From: Piromyces finnis finn
Taxonomy: Eukaryota; Fungi; Neocallimastigomycota
NCBI GenBank assembly: GCA_002104945.1
Contig: MCFH01000063.1
Location: 232,420-296,419 of the forward strand
DNA: 64,000 nucleotides
Reading direction: 5' to 3'
Part shown: positions 25,568-36,977 of the stretch, in pieces
Layout: the number at the start of each line of letters is the position of its first letter
Position numbering within the stretch: position 1 is the first letter of the stretch
Translations under genes and position numbers: made by a program
Notes under the pieces: generated by a model
What the model saw: the letters and a program-made list of their open reading frames with translations, nothing else
Told to the model about the DNA's origin: nothing
Database searches by the model: none

Positions 25568-28500
25568 ATGATTGAAAAAGTTGGTATTTTATTTATAATA
25601 TCCATTAATAAAGTAATTAATAAAAATATTTATAAAAATATTTAGCAATTTATTCAATTTTATGAAAATATTTTTATTTCTGATATATAGAGAGATTTTC
25701 TAAATTTTACAACAATTTCTCAAGAAGAATACAACGATTTTATAACAGAAAAATATATTAATAATCCTAAATATTATACAAAACAAAAAGTGTATTGGGG
25801 TGTCTTGATTGTATTTATTATCTATGGACTTGTTTCACTATTATAGTATGTATTTTTTTTTATTAAATATATATAAAATATATATATTTAGTATAAAATA
25901 AAATGATGATATTATTTAAATAATATAATTATTATTGTCATTTTAACGTTTATTTGTATAGTTTTTATAAATTGAGAAATTCATACTTAATTCGTCAGAG
26001 ACACTTTCTTTTAACATTTATTGGTGGAATATCAGCCTTCATTAGTGTAGTTATAGCATTAGTAAGAATATTTTATATTTATATATTTATTAAAAGTATA
26101 TTATTAGTATTAAGGAATATCTAAAATATTATTAATATATTATTTTAATTAACAATGTAAATATTATTATCGTATTATCAATTATTTTCCTATATTTATC
26201 ATTTTTAATATCATTTTATAAATATAGCTTCCTCAAGTAATGAAAATCCCTTGCTTTAGTAAGAATATGATATATATATTTTCTACCAATATGATATAAT
26301 ATGATAATTAATAAAATAGAAAATGAAAATATTCATATTTGTCTTTTTTTTAATTTTGATAATTATAGTGAATGTTTTTTCTGCCAATATCTTAAGCATT
26401 TTTGTCAATTCGATGTAATATTTCAAAACTATTTAAATATATATACATATTTTATAATATTAAATAAAAATTAATATTTAATATTTATGATTATTATTAT
26501 TATATATAGCTTTTTAGTTAGAAGTATTCGTGTTATTCTTTTTTATCATTTAAATATTTTTAAAGGTAAGTATTTATTAATAAATCATTTTTTTATTATA
26601 ATATGATAAAATGACTTATTTTATTATAAAGTATCATCTATTAAAAAGAAACCTTTAGTGTCATTAGAAAATGAAAATGAAATACCTGTTGAGCCAAATA
26701 ATTATTTAATGAAAATATCTAAAAAAATTAATTTAATTATTATCTCAATTATTACTATTCCAACGGTAATTTTTTTTTTTATTTCTATTAAATCTACATC
26801 AATCATAAATATTTATTGATTCCTTAAATCATAATAATTTTTTTATGATAATTAAAAAAAAAAAATTAATTATTATCAAAATGTTTTTTATTATCTAAAT
26901 AAATATATTGATATATAGGTCATTGCTATACTTTCTATTGCTATCTTGTATCTTACTGATCAAAGTTTATTTGAAAAATGCAGGTAAGCCATAAAGTAAT
27001 AATTTTAATAAAATAAACAAATAATAATAGTTATACGAGCTATACAAAGTACAAGAGTATAAAATAAAATTTATTCCTTTCATTTATTTATATGAATTAA
27101 TATTAATATAAACATATATAAATAATGTATTTCGATATAGTTTTTTTGAGGCAGAGGATGCTGTATTAAGTATTAAAAATAATGAAATTTCTCAGTTATT
27201 TAAAGTCATTGCCGTTGCTGGTATTATGTTTACTCTATTAAATATTGTAAATGCCATATTACTTTATTTTGTAAAAGATATCAATAAATACGGAATGAAG
27301 GTATGTTAGAAAAAAAAAAAAAAAGGAAAAATATTTATCAATTAATTTTATTAATTTGATGTTATTTGTTTCAGTATATATGTATTTAAAAACTTAAAAA
27401 TTCTATAAAAAATAGTTTAATAGAAAATCATAGTTTATTAAATTTTATAATTCATATAAATTATTAAAATAATTAATATTATATAACTGATTTTTTTTTT
27501 TCATTCTATATAAATCTATATAAACATATACATATATATTTTAATTTAAAATTAAAGTTTGAATGTTTAAGTGTATCTATATTGGTCATTATTACAAATG
27601 GTTTTAATGCTATGCTTAATAAAATGTTAGATAAAAGTAATGCTAATTTACCACCTAGGGCAATTTTAACAATTTTTAATATTACAAAGGGAGGAAAATT
27701 GGTTTATGCTCTTATTTCATTATACATGTTTTTTGTTTCCATTACACTACCTATTATTCATTATTATAAATCTAAAAGTCTTAAAAATAAATACTTTCAA
27801 AATGTAACTATAAGCTTTTTAATTTATTAATTTAATTTTTTTAAATAATAGATTTAATAAAATTATTAAAGATACGAATAATAATAATTTTGTTAAATTC
27901 CTAATGAATAATTAAAATTTATAATTATTTTTATCAAAGTAACCTATTGATATATATATATAATTAATATAATATTTTCTTTTTATTATAATTATTTTAA
28001 TATAGCCAATATGCTCTATCCATTACTTTTATAAGGTTTTAAATACTCCATCATTATTAAATGAATTAAGAGAAATTGCTATTAAAGAATTTTCAGTAGA
28101 AAATGTATTATTCTGGGAAAATTATGAAATATTGAGAAATATGAGTATGGAATATTTATTGGAATATCGAAGTTTTTCACAGCAAGAAACTTCCCAAACT
28201 CTAAGATCATTCGATTTCGAAGCCATTTATAAACAACAAAGAATGAATTATTATCCAATTTCTCCTACAGATGATATAACTAATAGTGAATATTCATCTT
28301 CACTACCTATACCCCAAGAAATTATTTCTTACTATACATCTTTTTATCATATGTAATATTTAATTTTTTAAATATTATAAATAAACAAATAATATATTAT
28401 ATATATATAATATTTTACTTATTTTTTTTTTTTTTTTTGCATTTTTATATATGAAAAAAGGTTTATTGATTTTAATGGACCAGCTGTAGTCGGACTTCAA

Positions 28501-28659
28501 GAAAAAACTATTAAAAACATTATCAATGAATTTTGTACCTATCCAACGATAGGTGTATATGATCAAGCAGCTCATGAAGTTGTTGAAATGATGTATCATT
28601 CACTTTATCCTATTCTATTAAGACAAAATCAAAAACACATTATGAACACAGTTAAATAA
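25568..28659 (+). CDS. Multi-exon membrane protein with a C-terminal RGS domain (7TM-RGS-like)
   Basis: Hydrophobic exons with GT/AG ends (e.g. KVYWGVLIVFIIYGLVSLL, RQRHFLLTFIGGISAFISVVIAL). RGS signature KEFSVENVLFWENY at ~28085-28125. Last exon FIDFNGPAVVGLQEKTIKNII...YDQAAHEVVEMMYHSLYPILL, stop at 28657-28659. The start and full exon chain are approximate. Confidence 0.7.
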
Positions 28660-29042
28660 TATTAAAATAAAAAAAGTTGTATCATATTTTTTTTTCTTAA
28701 AAAATTATTATTTCAATAATAACAAAACTCTAAAAAAAAAAAAAAAACTCAACATATTTATATTTAAGAAAGAAAATAGATTCTTTTTTATTTTATTAAT
28801 AATACTTTATATAAAATAGTATTTGTATAGATTTATAACATTTAGTATCATTTTATATTTATTTTATTTTAGTTTAGAACAAAATTTATATATAGTAAAT
28901 ATAATAAAATCGTATCAATTGAAAAAAATAATAATATATTTATTAGTAAATCCTTGATTCTAATAAACTATTACCAACGAACTAATGAATCATATCATTA
29001 AAATTGATATAAAAATTCTTTTTTTTTTTTTTTCCTGCTTTT

Positions 29043-29520
29043 TACTATTGCTATTACTATTACTATTACTATTACTATTACTATTACTATTACTATTACT
29101 ATTACTATTACTATTACTATTACTATTACTATTACTATTACTATTACTATTACTATTACTATTACTATTACTATTACTATTACTATTACTATTACTATTA
29201 CTATTACTATTACTATTACTATTACTATTACTATTACTATTACTATTACTATTACTATTACTATTACTATTACTATTACTATTACTATTACTATTACTAT
29301 TACTATTACTATTACTATTACTATTACTATTACTATTACTATTACTATTACTATTACTATTACTATTACTATTACTATTACTATTACTATTACTATTACT
29401 ATTACTATTACTATTACTATTACTATTACTATTACTATTACTATTACTATTACTATTACTATTACTATTACTATTACTATTACTATTACTATTACTATTA
29501 CTATTACTATTACTATTACT
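29043..29520. repeat. (TATTAC)n hexanucleotide microsatellite, ~80 units
   Basis: Directly visible; perfect apart from one variant unit (TATTGC) near the left end. Confidence 0.98.
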
Positions 29521-29731
29521 AACAATGTTAATTTTCTATAATTTAAAGTTAGTCTTTTTTTTTTTTTATTTTCATTAAAATGATGGGCTTAATTTTGATT
29601 TAATATATTTTTTAATATATTTTTTAAAAACTTTAATTATTATTAAATTATTTTTATATATAATTTAAAATTTTTTAAATTTAAAAAATTTTCTTTCTTT
29701 CTTTTTCTAAAAGAATAAAGATATAAAAAAA

Positions 29732-30724
29732 ATGTATAGAAAATTTGTTAAAGGCATATTTGGAAGTAATGGATTAAATAATATACATAATTTAAATAAT
29801 ATTAATACTTATTTTTTGTTAGGAAGTAATAATGGTCAAAATACAAATAATTTTTTAGAATTTCAGATACATAATGGGCTTGGCAATTCTCAAAGTATTT
29901 TAAATCTAACTAATAATTATTATTGTAATTATTGTAATCAGAGTTTAATCAACAGTTCACCAGTTACAAGTTTTAATAGCTCAATTAACTTAGGAACCAG
30001 TTTACCAATTACAAATAATAATGGTTCTACCGATTTAGAAAGTTTAAGTCAAATTCTAAGCTCTATTTTATCTGATTGTGAGGATCAAAGTAAAGGCAAC
30101 ACTTTACCAGATAAAAGTACTAATAGTTGTCATGGTAATAGAAAAAGACCTTTAGAAGGTAATTATAAGCATAATCAAAAAGAAAGCAAGAAAATAAAAA
30201 ATGATTGTAGTTCCTCGGTAACAATACATATCAAAAATTGTGATAAAAATGAAATTGAATATTTTGATAATAAGACAGTTGAACATACTATATATTATAA
30301 AGAAAATAGTGTAAAAAATAATTTAATAACTCTTAGAATTTGTTTAGAAGATAGAAATAATAAGTTGAAAACAATTACCTATATAAAAGTGGAAACCTTT
30401 AATAAGGATAACCAACAAATTAATAATTCAACAACATATAAAGAAGAAAACGGAGAATATCAAATAAAATTATTAACAAACAGTGGTGGTAAAAAATACC
30501 ATAATTTAAAGTTTTATAATGAAAATAAAGAACAATTCGAATTAAAATTTATTTTAAGAACTACTAAAGAAGTTGGTAGAAATATTAAAAATAATAACTA
30601 CGAAAAAATAATTGAACAATTGCAGTTAAGAGAAATATTTAAAGATAATGATAAAGGAATAGTTCAATATATTACGACCTATGTTAAAGGTGGAAAGAAC
30701 TTCCTGGAATTCCTAAAACATTGA
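29732..30724 (+). CDS. Hypothetical intronless protein (330 aa), possibly extending to ~30951 through frameshifts
   Basis: Long ORF after an A-rich leader, with a basic NLS-like segment (KRPLEG...KKIK). An alternative frame KELPGIPKTLKDELAKYNKGFYY continues past the stop. Confidence 0.55.
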   Translation: MYRKFVKGIFGSNGLNNIHNLNNINTYFLLGSNNGQNTNNFLEFQIHNGLGNSQSILNLTNNYYCNYCNQSLINSSPVTSFNSSINLGTSLPITNNNGSTDLESLSQILSSILSDCEDQSKGNTLPDKSTNSCHGNRKRPLEGNYKHNQKESKKIKNDCSSSVTIHIKNCDKNEIEYFDNKTVEHTIYYKENSVKNNLITLRICLEDRNNKLKTITYIKVETFNKDNQQINNSTTYKEENGEYQIKLLTNSGGKKYHNLKFYNENKEQFELKFILRTTKEVGRNIKNNNYEKIIEQLQLREIFKDNDKGIVQYITTYVKGGKNFLEFLKH

Positions 30725-31729
30725 AAGATGAATTAGCAAAGTATAATAAAGGATTTTATTATAAAAATGATATAATAGTTTTTTTTAGAAAATAAACAGG
30801 AAAACTCTTTTGATGAAGTAAAGATTATCAAATTGTAGGATATAACATTTGAATTAAAAAATGTAAATAATAATATTTATATTTTATCATTAGATTTTTC
30901 TAATGGACGTGAGTATTTAATATATGAGTAATATTATAATGAAAATATTTTTTCGATTCATAGCTAGCTTTTATTAGTTTTTATAGCTTTTATTAGTTTT
31001 TATGAAAAGAAAAGAGATTTTCATATGATATTACATGTATATTAATAGAATCATTTCTAATAGGAAAGATTAATGAATAATATATATTAATTTTATTTAT
31101 TAAGTTTAATTCTCTTCTTTACTTTTTTTCAATTTTCTATTTATTATTTAAAAAAATAAATTCAAAAATTCTTAAAAATCATCATTATCTTTTATAGTTT
31201 CCTTTCTTTTTTTTTCCCTAAATACCTTTTTTAAATCAATTTATTGTATTTTGTATTTTATAATAGTATTAAATATTATTAAGTAATGATATATTTAAAA
31301 TATCATTCTAACAACTTTTTAGGTTTTTCTTCTAGTCTTTTCCTAAAAATTTTTATTTGTTAAACTAGGACAAACATTTTATTTTTTGTTAAAATTATTA
31401 AATCAAATAAATAAATAAATGAAAATAAAATAAAAATATAGTAAAAAAAAAACTTTTTTGAAGAGAAAAGAAATATATATCAAGAAGTGTTGAATAGTTT
31501 TCATAATAAACATTTTCTTCATTTCAATTATAAGTTACCATAGAAAATGATAAATTGATATTTAGTTTAGTTTAAACAACAATAAAAATAGCATTGTTAA
31601 TACAAATATAAATACATTAATATGTTTTTCAAAGTTGCTTCATTGTATGGTATTGTATATTACATCCAAACTCAAAATACCAGAAAAATTTGTGTTAATT
31701 AAAACTAATTTTATTATTAAATATGTAAA

Positions 31730-31909
<180 letters not shown>

Positions 31910-31933
31910 AGAAAATATTGAACTCCAAAAAAA

Positions 31934-33991
31934 ATGAAAAGAAAAATTTCTCAAATTACAAGTTTTAATGAAAATATTAATAACTGTGCAAATGAAATTA
32001 TTGATATTAAGGGTAAAGACCTCAAAGATTTCAAGATTGATGTTAAAAAATTTCAAAATTTAAAAGAATTGATTATCGCCAATGAAATAGATAAAACTTC
32101 AATTACTTTGGAAAATCTTTCTATTTTATTAGAAAATGCAACATCGTTAGAAAAGTTGGAACTATGTAAAACAAGATTAATAGAATTACCAAAAGAAATA
32201 GGTAATTTAACTAAATTAACGAAATTGAATCTTGAAGATAATAAATTTTGTCAATTATTAAAAGAAATTGGAAATCTTGTCAGTTTGAAAAATATAAATC
32301 TTTGTAATAATCAACTAATAGAATTACCAAATGAAATTGGAAATTTAACTAAATTATCAGAATTAAATCTTTGCAATAATAAATTAATTGAATTACAAAA
32401 TGAAATAGGAAATTTAACTCAATTAGAGGAATTAAACCTTGAGAGTAATAGGCTTAAAAAAATATCAAGTGAAATAAAAAATTTAACCAATTTAATACTA
32501 TTAAATTTATGTGATAATGGTTTGAATTATTTACCTGTTGAGATAGGAAATTTGACCAAATTAACGCAATTAAATATTAATTTTAATGAACTAGTTAAAC
32601 TACCATGTGAAATAGGAAATTTAACCAATTTAGAAAAACTATATCTTCAAAATAATCAATTAACAGAATTACCAAAAGAAATTGGAAATTTATTAAAATT
32701 AACAGAATTAGATCTTCAGGAAAATCAATTGAATGATTTACCAAATGAAATAGGAAAATTATTTCATTTAACGAAATTGAAATTATGTAGCAATAATTTA
32801 AAGTACTTACCAAATGAGATTGGAAATTTAATCAATTTAATAGAATTTGATCTTACTGATAATAAATTAATAAATTTACCAAAATCGATAGGTAATTTAA
32901 CTCAACTAACGGAATTGTATCTTTTTGGTAATAAATTGAATTATTTACCAAAAGAGATAGGAAATATGACCAGTTTAACGTTATTGAATCTTAATAAAAA
33001 TAAATTAGTTGAATTACCAAAAGAAATAGGAAATTTAACCAAATTAGCAGAGTTGTACCTTTTTGATAGTGAGTTAGAGAATTTGCCAAATGAAATAGAA
33101 AATTTAACTCAATTAACCCTACTTAATCTTTGTAGAAATAAATTAACTTCATTACCAAAAGAAATTGGAAAGCTAACAAACTTAATGGAATTATATCTTC
33201 AAGAAAATCAACTAATAGAAGTACCTAATGAAATAGGAAATTTAACAAATTTAACAATTTTAAATATGAGCAAAAATAAAATAATGGAATTACCAAAGGA
33301 AATAGGAAACCTAATTCAATTAAGAAAATTATTTTTTGAAGGTAACCAATTAACCCATATACCAAAAGAAATAGGAAATCTTCTTCATTTGGAATATATT
33401 AAACTTCTACAAAATAAGAAGGATAATACATTACTAGCAGTAGATATTGGGCGTTTAAAAAGTTTTGAACATATCAATTTAAATTTTTCCGTTTTACAAT
33501 TCCAACAAAATTTATTTAATGAACGTAATTACTATGATTTATCTAGCTTTTTCAATGAATGCTTTAATAAACAATGTATAATAGATTTATCAAATAAAAA
33601 TATGAAGACACTTCCATTTGATATTATTAATTATCATGCTTTAAAAGAATTAAATATAAGTAATAATCATTTGACAGAAATACCATTACTTATTTCTCAA
33701 ATTAAATCCTTAGAAAAAATAGATTTACATAAAAATAAATTAAATAACCTTCCAGCTACTTTTTGGAGCTTACCTTCATTAAAAGAAGTCATTATGGATT
33801 GTTATTTATTACATTTACGATCAAAAGAAATTAAATCCTTTCCTTTTGTAAAGATTATCCCATTACCAGAAGAAATTTACAAATCTCATAATGTACTAAA
33901 ATTATTATTTTATGTCAAACAAAACCAACCACTTACAGATAATCAAATAATGGAAATATTCGAAACATGTCAAATTTATCTTTCTAATTAA
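31934..33991 (+). CDS. Leucine-rich repeat protein, ~18 tandem 23-aa repeats (LP.EIGNL..L..L.L..N.L)
   Basis: 685-aa intronless ORF; repeats counted in the translation. Confidence 0.9.
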   Translation: MKRKISQITSFNENINNCANEIIDIKGKDLKDFKIDVKKFQNLKELIIANEIDKTSITLENLSILLENATSLEKLELCKTRLIELPKEIGNLTKLTKLNLEDNKFCQLLKEIGNLVSLKNINLCNNQLIELPNEIGNLTKLSELNLCNNKLIELQNEIGNLTQLEELNLESNRLKKISSEIKNLTNLILLNLCDNGLNYLPVEIGNLTKLTQLNINFNELVKLPCEIGNLTNLEKLYLQNNQLTELPKEIGNLLKLTELDLQENQLNDLPNEIGKLFHLTKLKLCSNNLKYLPNEIGNLINLIEFDLTDNKLINLPKSIGNLTQLTELYLFGNKLNYLPKEIGNMTSLTLLNLNKNKLVELPKEIGNLTKLAELYLFDSELENLPNEIENLTQLTLLNLCRNKLTSLPKEIGKLTNLMELYLQENQLIEVPNEIGNLTNLTILNMSKNKIMELPKEIGNLIQLRKLFFEGNQLTHIPKEIGNLLHLEYIKLLQNKKDNTLLAVDIGRLKSFEHINLNFSVLQFQQNLFNERNYYDLSSFFNECFNKQCIIDLSNKNMKTLPFDIINYHALKELNISNNHLTEIPLLISQIKSLEKIDLHKNKLNNLPATFWSLPSLKEVIMDCYLLHLRSKEIKSFPFVKIIPLPEEIYKSHNVLKLLFYVKQNQPLTDNQIMEIFETCQIYLSN

Positions 33992-34098
33992 CCAAATAAC
34001 TAAATAAATAATATTTATCATTTCCTTTCATTTGTATATAAAAATAGTTAATTTTATTATTAAAATTTAAAAATGTAATACAAAAAATAGCTAAAAAG

Positions 34099-34115
34099 TT
34101 AATGATACCTTTTAA

Positions 34116-34150
<35 letters not shown>

Positions 34151-34175
34151 ATTAAATATTAAACTTAAAAGGTAT

Positions 34176-34181
<6 letters not shown>
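34099..34181. mobile_element. Miniature inverted-repeat element (20-bp TIRs around an (ATT)n core)
   Basis: ttaatgataccttttaagtt (34099-34118) is the exact reverse complement of aacttaaaaggtatcattaa (34162-34181). Confidence 0.5.

Positions 34182-34270
<89 letters not shown>
34181..34270. repeat. (AAT)n microsatellite
   Basis: Directly visible. Confidence 0.95.
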
Positions 34271-34704
34271 TCATTATCATTATTATTGTTATTATTATTA
34301 TTAAGTTGTATATACTCCATGCCATGCAATTATATTAATAATATTAATTAATTGTTACTAGGCATAAAAATGCTAAATATATATATATATATACATAATA
34401 ATAATAAAATATATAAAATATTTTTTTTTTCGATACTACTACTAAAAATCTTTAAAAGATAAATTATAATAAAAAACATTTTTTTTATTTATAAATTATA
34501 ATATATATTGTTTTATTAATTATTTTTTTTTTTATACATTAATGATTTTTAATTAGATATAATAATACAAATTCTAAAGTTTATACAATAAATAAAACTG
34601 AATAAATCGATAAACCTTTTTTATTATTCACAGAAAAATAATATATATATATACTATTTATACTATTTATAATCTATATTGTAATAGTTTATAAGGAATT
34701 AAAT

Positions 34705-35928
34705 TTAATTTAAAGCACCAAAAGCAGCTGAAATAAAGTTGTAGAAACCAGCAGAAACAGCTGTACCATCATGATCAGCACCTGGAACTTCGAACCAAAT
34801 GTGTTCTTGATTATTTCTAGTTAAGATTTCATGGTAACTCTTTGGGAATTGACCAACAACGGAATCACTGGTACCACAAGAGATAAGAGTAACAATTGGG
34901 GCAACTTGAGCACGGAAGGAATCTTCAGTGAATAAACCTTTGTGATAACCAGAGAAATCAGTACCTGGAGTAACACCTGGAGCTGGTGAGAAAGCACCAA
35001 CATAACCGAATAAATCAGATCTCTTGAAACCAATGTATAAACTGTTACGACCACCCATAGAAAATCCACAGATAGCAGTGTTTTCTCTACCAGTAAGAAC
35101 AGAATAGTTTGATTCAATGTATGGCATAATACTATCTACTAAATCGTTAATAAAGTTATCATAACCGTCAAAGTATTCTTGATTAAAAGCTGGTTCAACT
35201 TCCTTACCACCTTCTGGAGCATATTCATTTGGAAGAACAATAATCATTTCTTTAGACTTACCACTCTTTGCTAAATTAGCTGGAATAGTAATACTACCCA
35301 TACCGGTTTCTAACATAGAATCTTCATTACCCATAATACCGTGTAATAAATATAAAACTGGATACTTTTTACTTTCAGAATAGCCGGATGGAAGAATAAT
35401 ATTTAATGGACGGTCAGTATTAGTAGTTTTAGAGTGATAAGTAACCTTTTTTGGAGTTGGGTATTCAACACCTCCTTGTTTGGTGATTGCATCACTTGGA
35501 CAAGTGTTAACAACCTTAAGTTTACTCATATAACCACTAGTTACAGAAGAAGTTTGATTTTGTTGAATTTGATTATCAGGTTGTTGTTGTTGTTGTTGTT
35601 GTTGTTGATTCCAATCATTGTTGTTATTTTGTTGTGGTTGGTTCCAATTATTGTTGTTGTTTTGTTGTTCCCATGGATTAGATGAATTTACAGCATTATT
35701 TTGTTGTTGTTGACCCCATTGATTCCAACCATTGTTGTTGTTATTGTTATTATTTTGTTGTTGTTGACCCCATTGATTCCAACCATTGTTGTTGTTGTTA
35801 TTGTTATTATTTTGTTGTTGATTCCATTGATTCCAACCATTGTTATTATTTTGTTGTCCCTAGAATTGAGCAGAAACACCAGCAGCTAAAACAGTAGCAA
35901 CAATAGATAAAACGTTGAAAGTCTTCAT
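34705..35928 (-). pseudogene. Carbohydrate esterase family 1 (feruloyl/acetylxylan esterase-like) with an N/Q/W-rich N-terminus; TAG at codon 23
   Basis: ATG 35928 to stop 34705 spans 1224 nt in frame with the 274-aa ORF. Signal MKTFNVLSIVATVLAAGVSA. Esterase motifs KYPVLYLLHG, GFSMGG, GADHD. TAG at 35862-35860 falls where neighbouring repeats have TGG (QF*GQQ vs QWGQQ). Confidence 0.8.
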
Positions 35929-36417
35929 TTTTTTAAAATTATTATTAATAATTAATAAATTTCTAAAAATTTTTACAATTCTTATATTAAATAAAAAAGA
36001 AAGTATTTATTAAAAAATGTTTTATTTTTTTTAATTATTAATAAAGATAAAGATAAAAAAAAAAGTGAAAACTTTTTCAATATTTATATAAAATTTAAAA
36101 AAATTTAAAATATAAAGTCATGTTAATAATAATAATAAAATCTTTAATAAATTTTTTAATTTATACTAGATTAAAAAGTATTGGTTTAGATCATTGATAT
36201 ACTTTAAGTTTAATTTATTTATTATCAATTAAAGTTTAAAAAGTAATTAAATAAGCATATTGAAAGTGAAGCAAATAATATTTTTTGTGAAACATAATAA
36301 ATTTAATATTAAAATTTAATATATTTATATTAAATTTAACTTTAATATTATTGGGGAACAAGACTTTATACTTACTATACTAATATTACTACTATTACTA
36401 TTATTACTATCATAAAT

Positions 36418-36914
36418 TCCTTAGCATACATAAGGCTTCTGGTTCGACCCCGCAGATGTCAGTGCCTGTGGATTTTCCCACTGGGTTTGCCATGGGTTGG
36501 GTTATGATATTCAGGTAAGTATAAATGAACTTTCTAATTTACTACTATGATAATAACACTCGTCTAGCCGGCCTGAGAGGGTCTAGTGTACATGGTACAT
36601 TCCAAATTAGAACTTAATAAGTGGTGACTTAGGCTATGCCAAAAACACATAATATTCCTTAATCAATTTAAGTGTAAACATTAGGGGGCGGTTGACACGT
36701 GATCAAATTGACTATAAGAGGCTTAGCATTGTAGTTGTGAAATATCGTACAACGACATGCATCTAATGTACATGGATTAAGTGAGCGTCGAAGCTGAAGA
36801 AACAGTATGACAGACCAGGAGGGTCACAACCACCTAGCAATAGGAATGAGCCAACGTTTCTCTAAGAACCACCATTGGAGCTAACTCTGATCGATGGGAG
36901 AAATGCACTCGGAA

Positions 36915-36965
<51 letters not shown>

Positions 36966-36977
36966 AAAAAAAAAAAA
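36418..36977 (+). mobile_element. Non-autonomous non-LTR retroposon (SINE-like or 5'-truncated LINE) with polyA tail and 12-bp TSD
   Basis: GC-richer ~500-bp body; A-tail 36918-36977; actatcataaat at both 36406-36417 and 36978-36989; B-box-like GGTTCGACCCC at 36441-36451; no long ORF. Confidence 0.85.

Noticed and set aside
29043-29520. Telomere-like array
   Set aside because: Internal, flanked by genes on both sides, and not a G-rich telomeric unit.
28985-29578. Poly-Leu and (VI)n ORFs
   Set aside because: Translations of the (TATTAC)n microsatellite.
35682-35897. Several short ORFs over the CE1 N-terminal region
   Set aside because: Alternative frames of the N/Q/W repeat; the true frame is fixed by the signal peptide and downstream esterase.
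36418-36500. tRNA gene or self-cleaving ribozyme at the retroposon head
   Set aside because: A B-box-like motif is present, but no cloverleaf or properly spaced A-box. I could not fit HDV, hammerhead (CTGAAGA at ~36794 lacks stem II-GAAA) or twister cores by eye; an Infernal search would be needed.
36565-36582. TAGCCGGCCTGAGAGGGT, resembling a conserved bacterial 16S rRNA stretch
   Set aside because: Only 18 nt and the flanks do not continue the rRNA sequence. Not an rRNA gene; chance or at most a tiny captured fragment.
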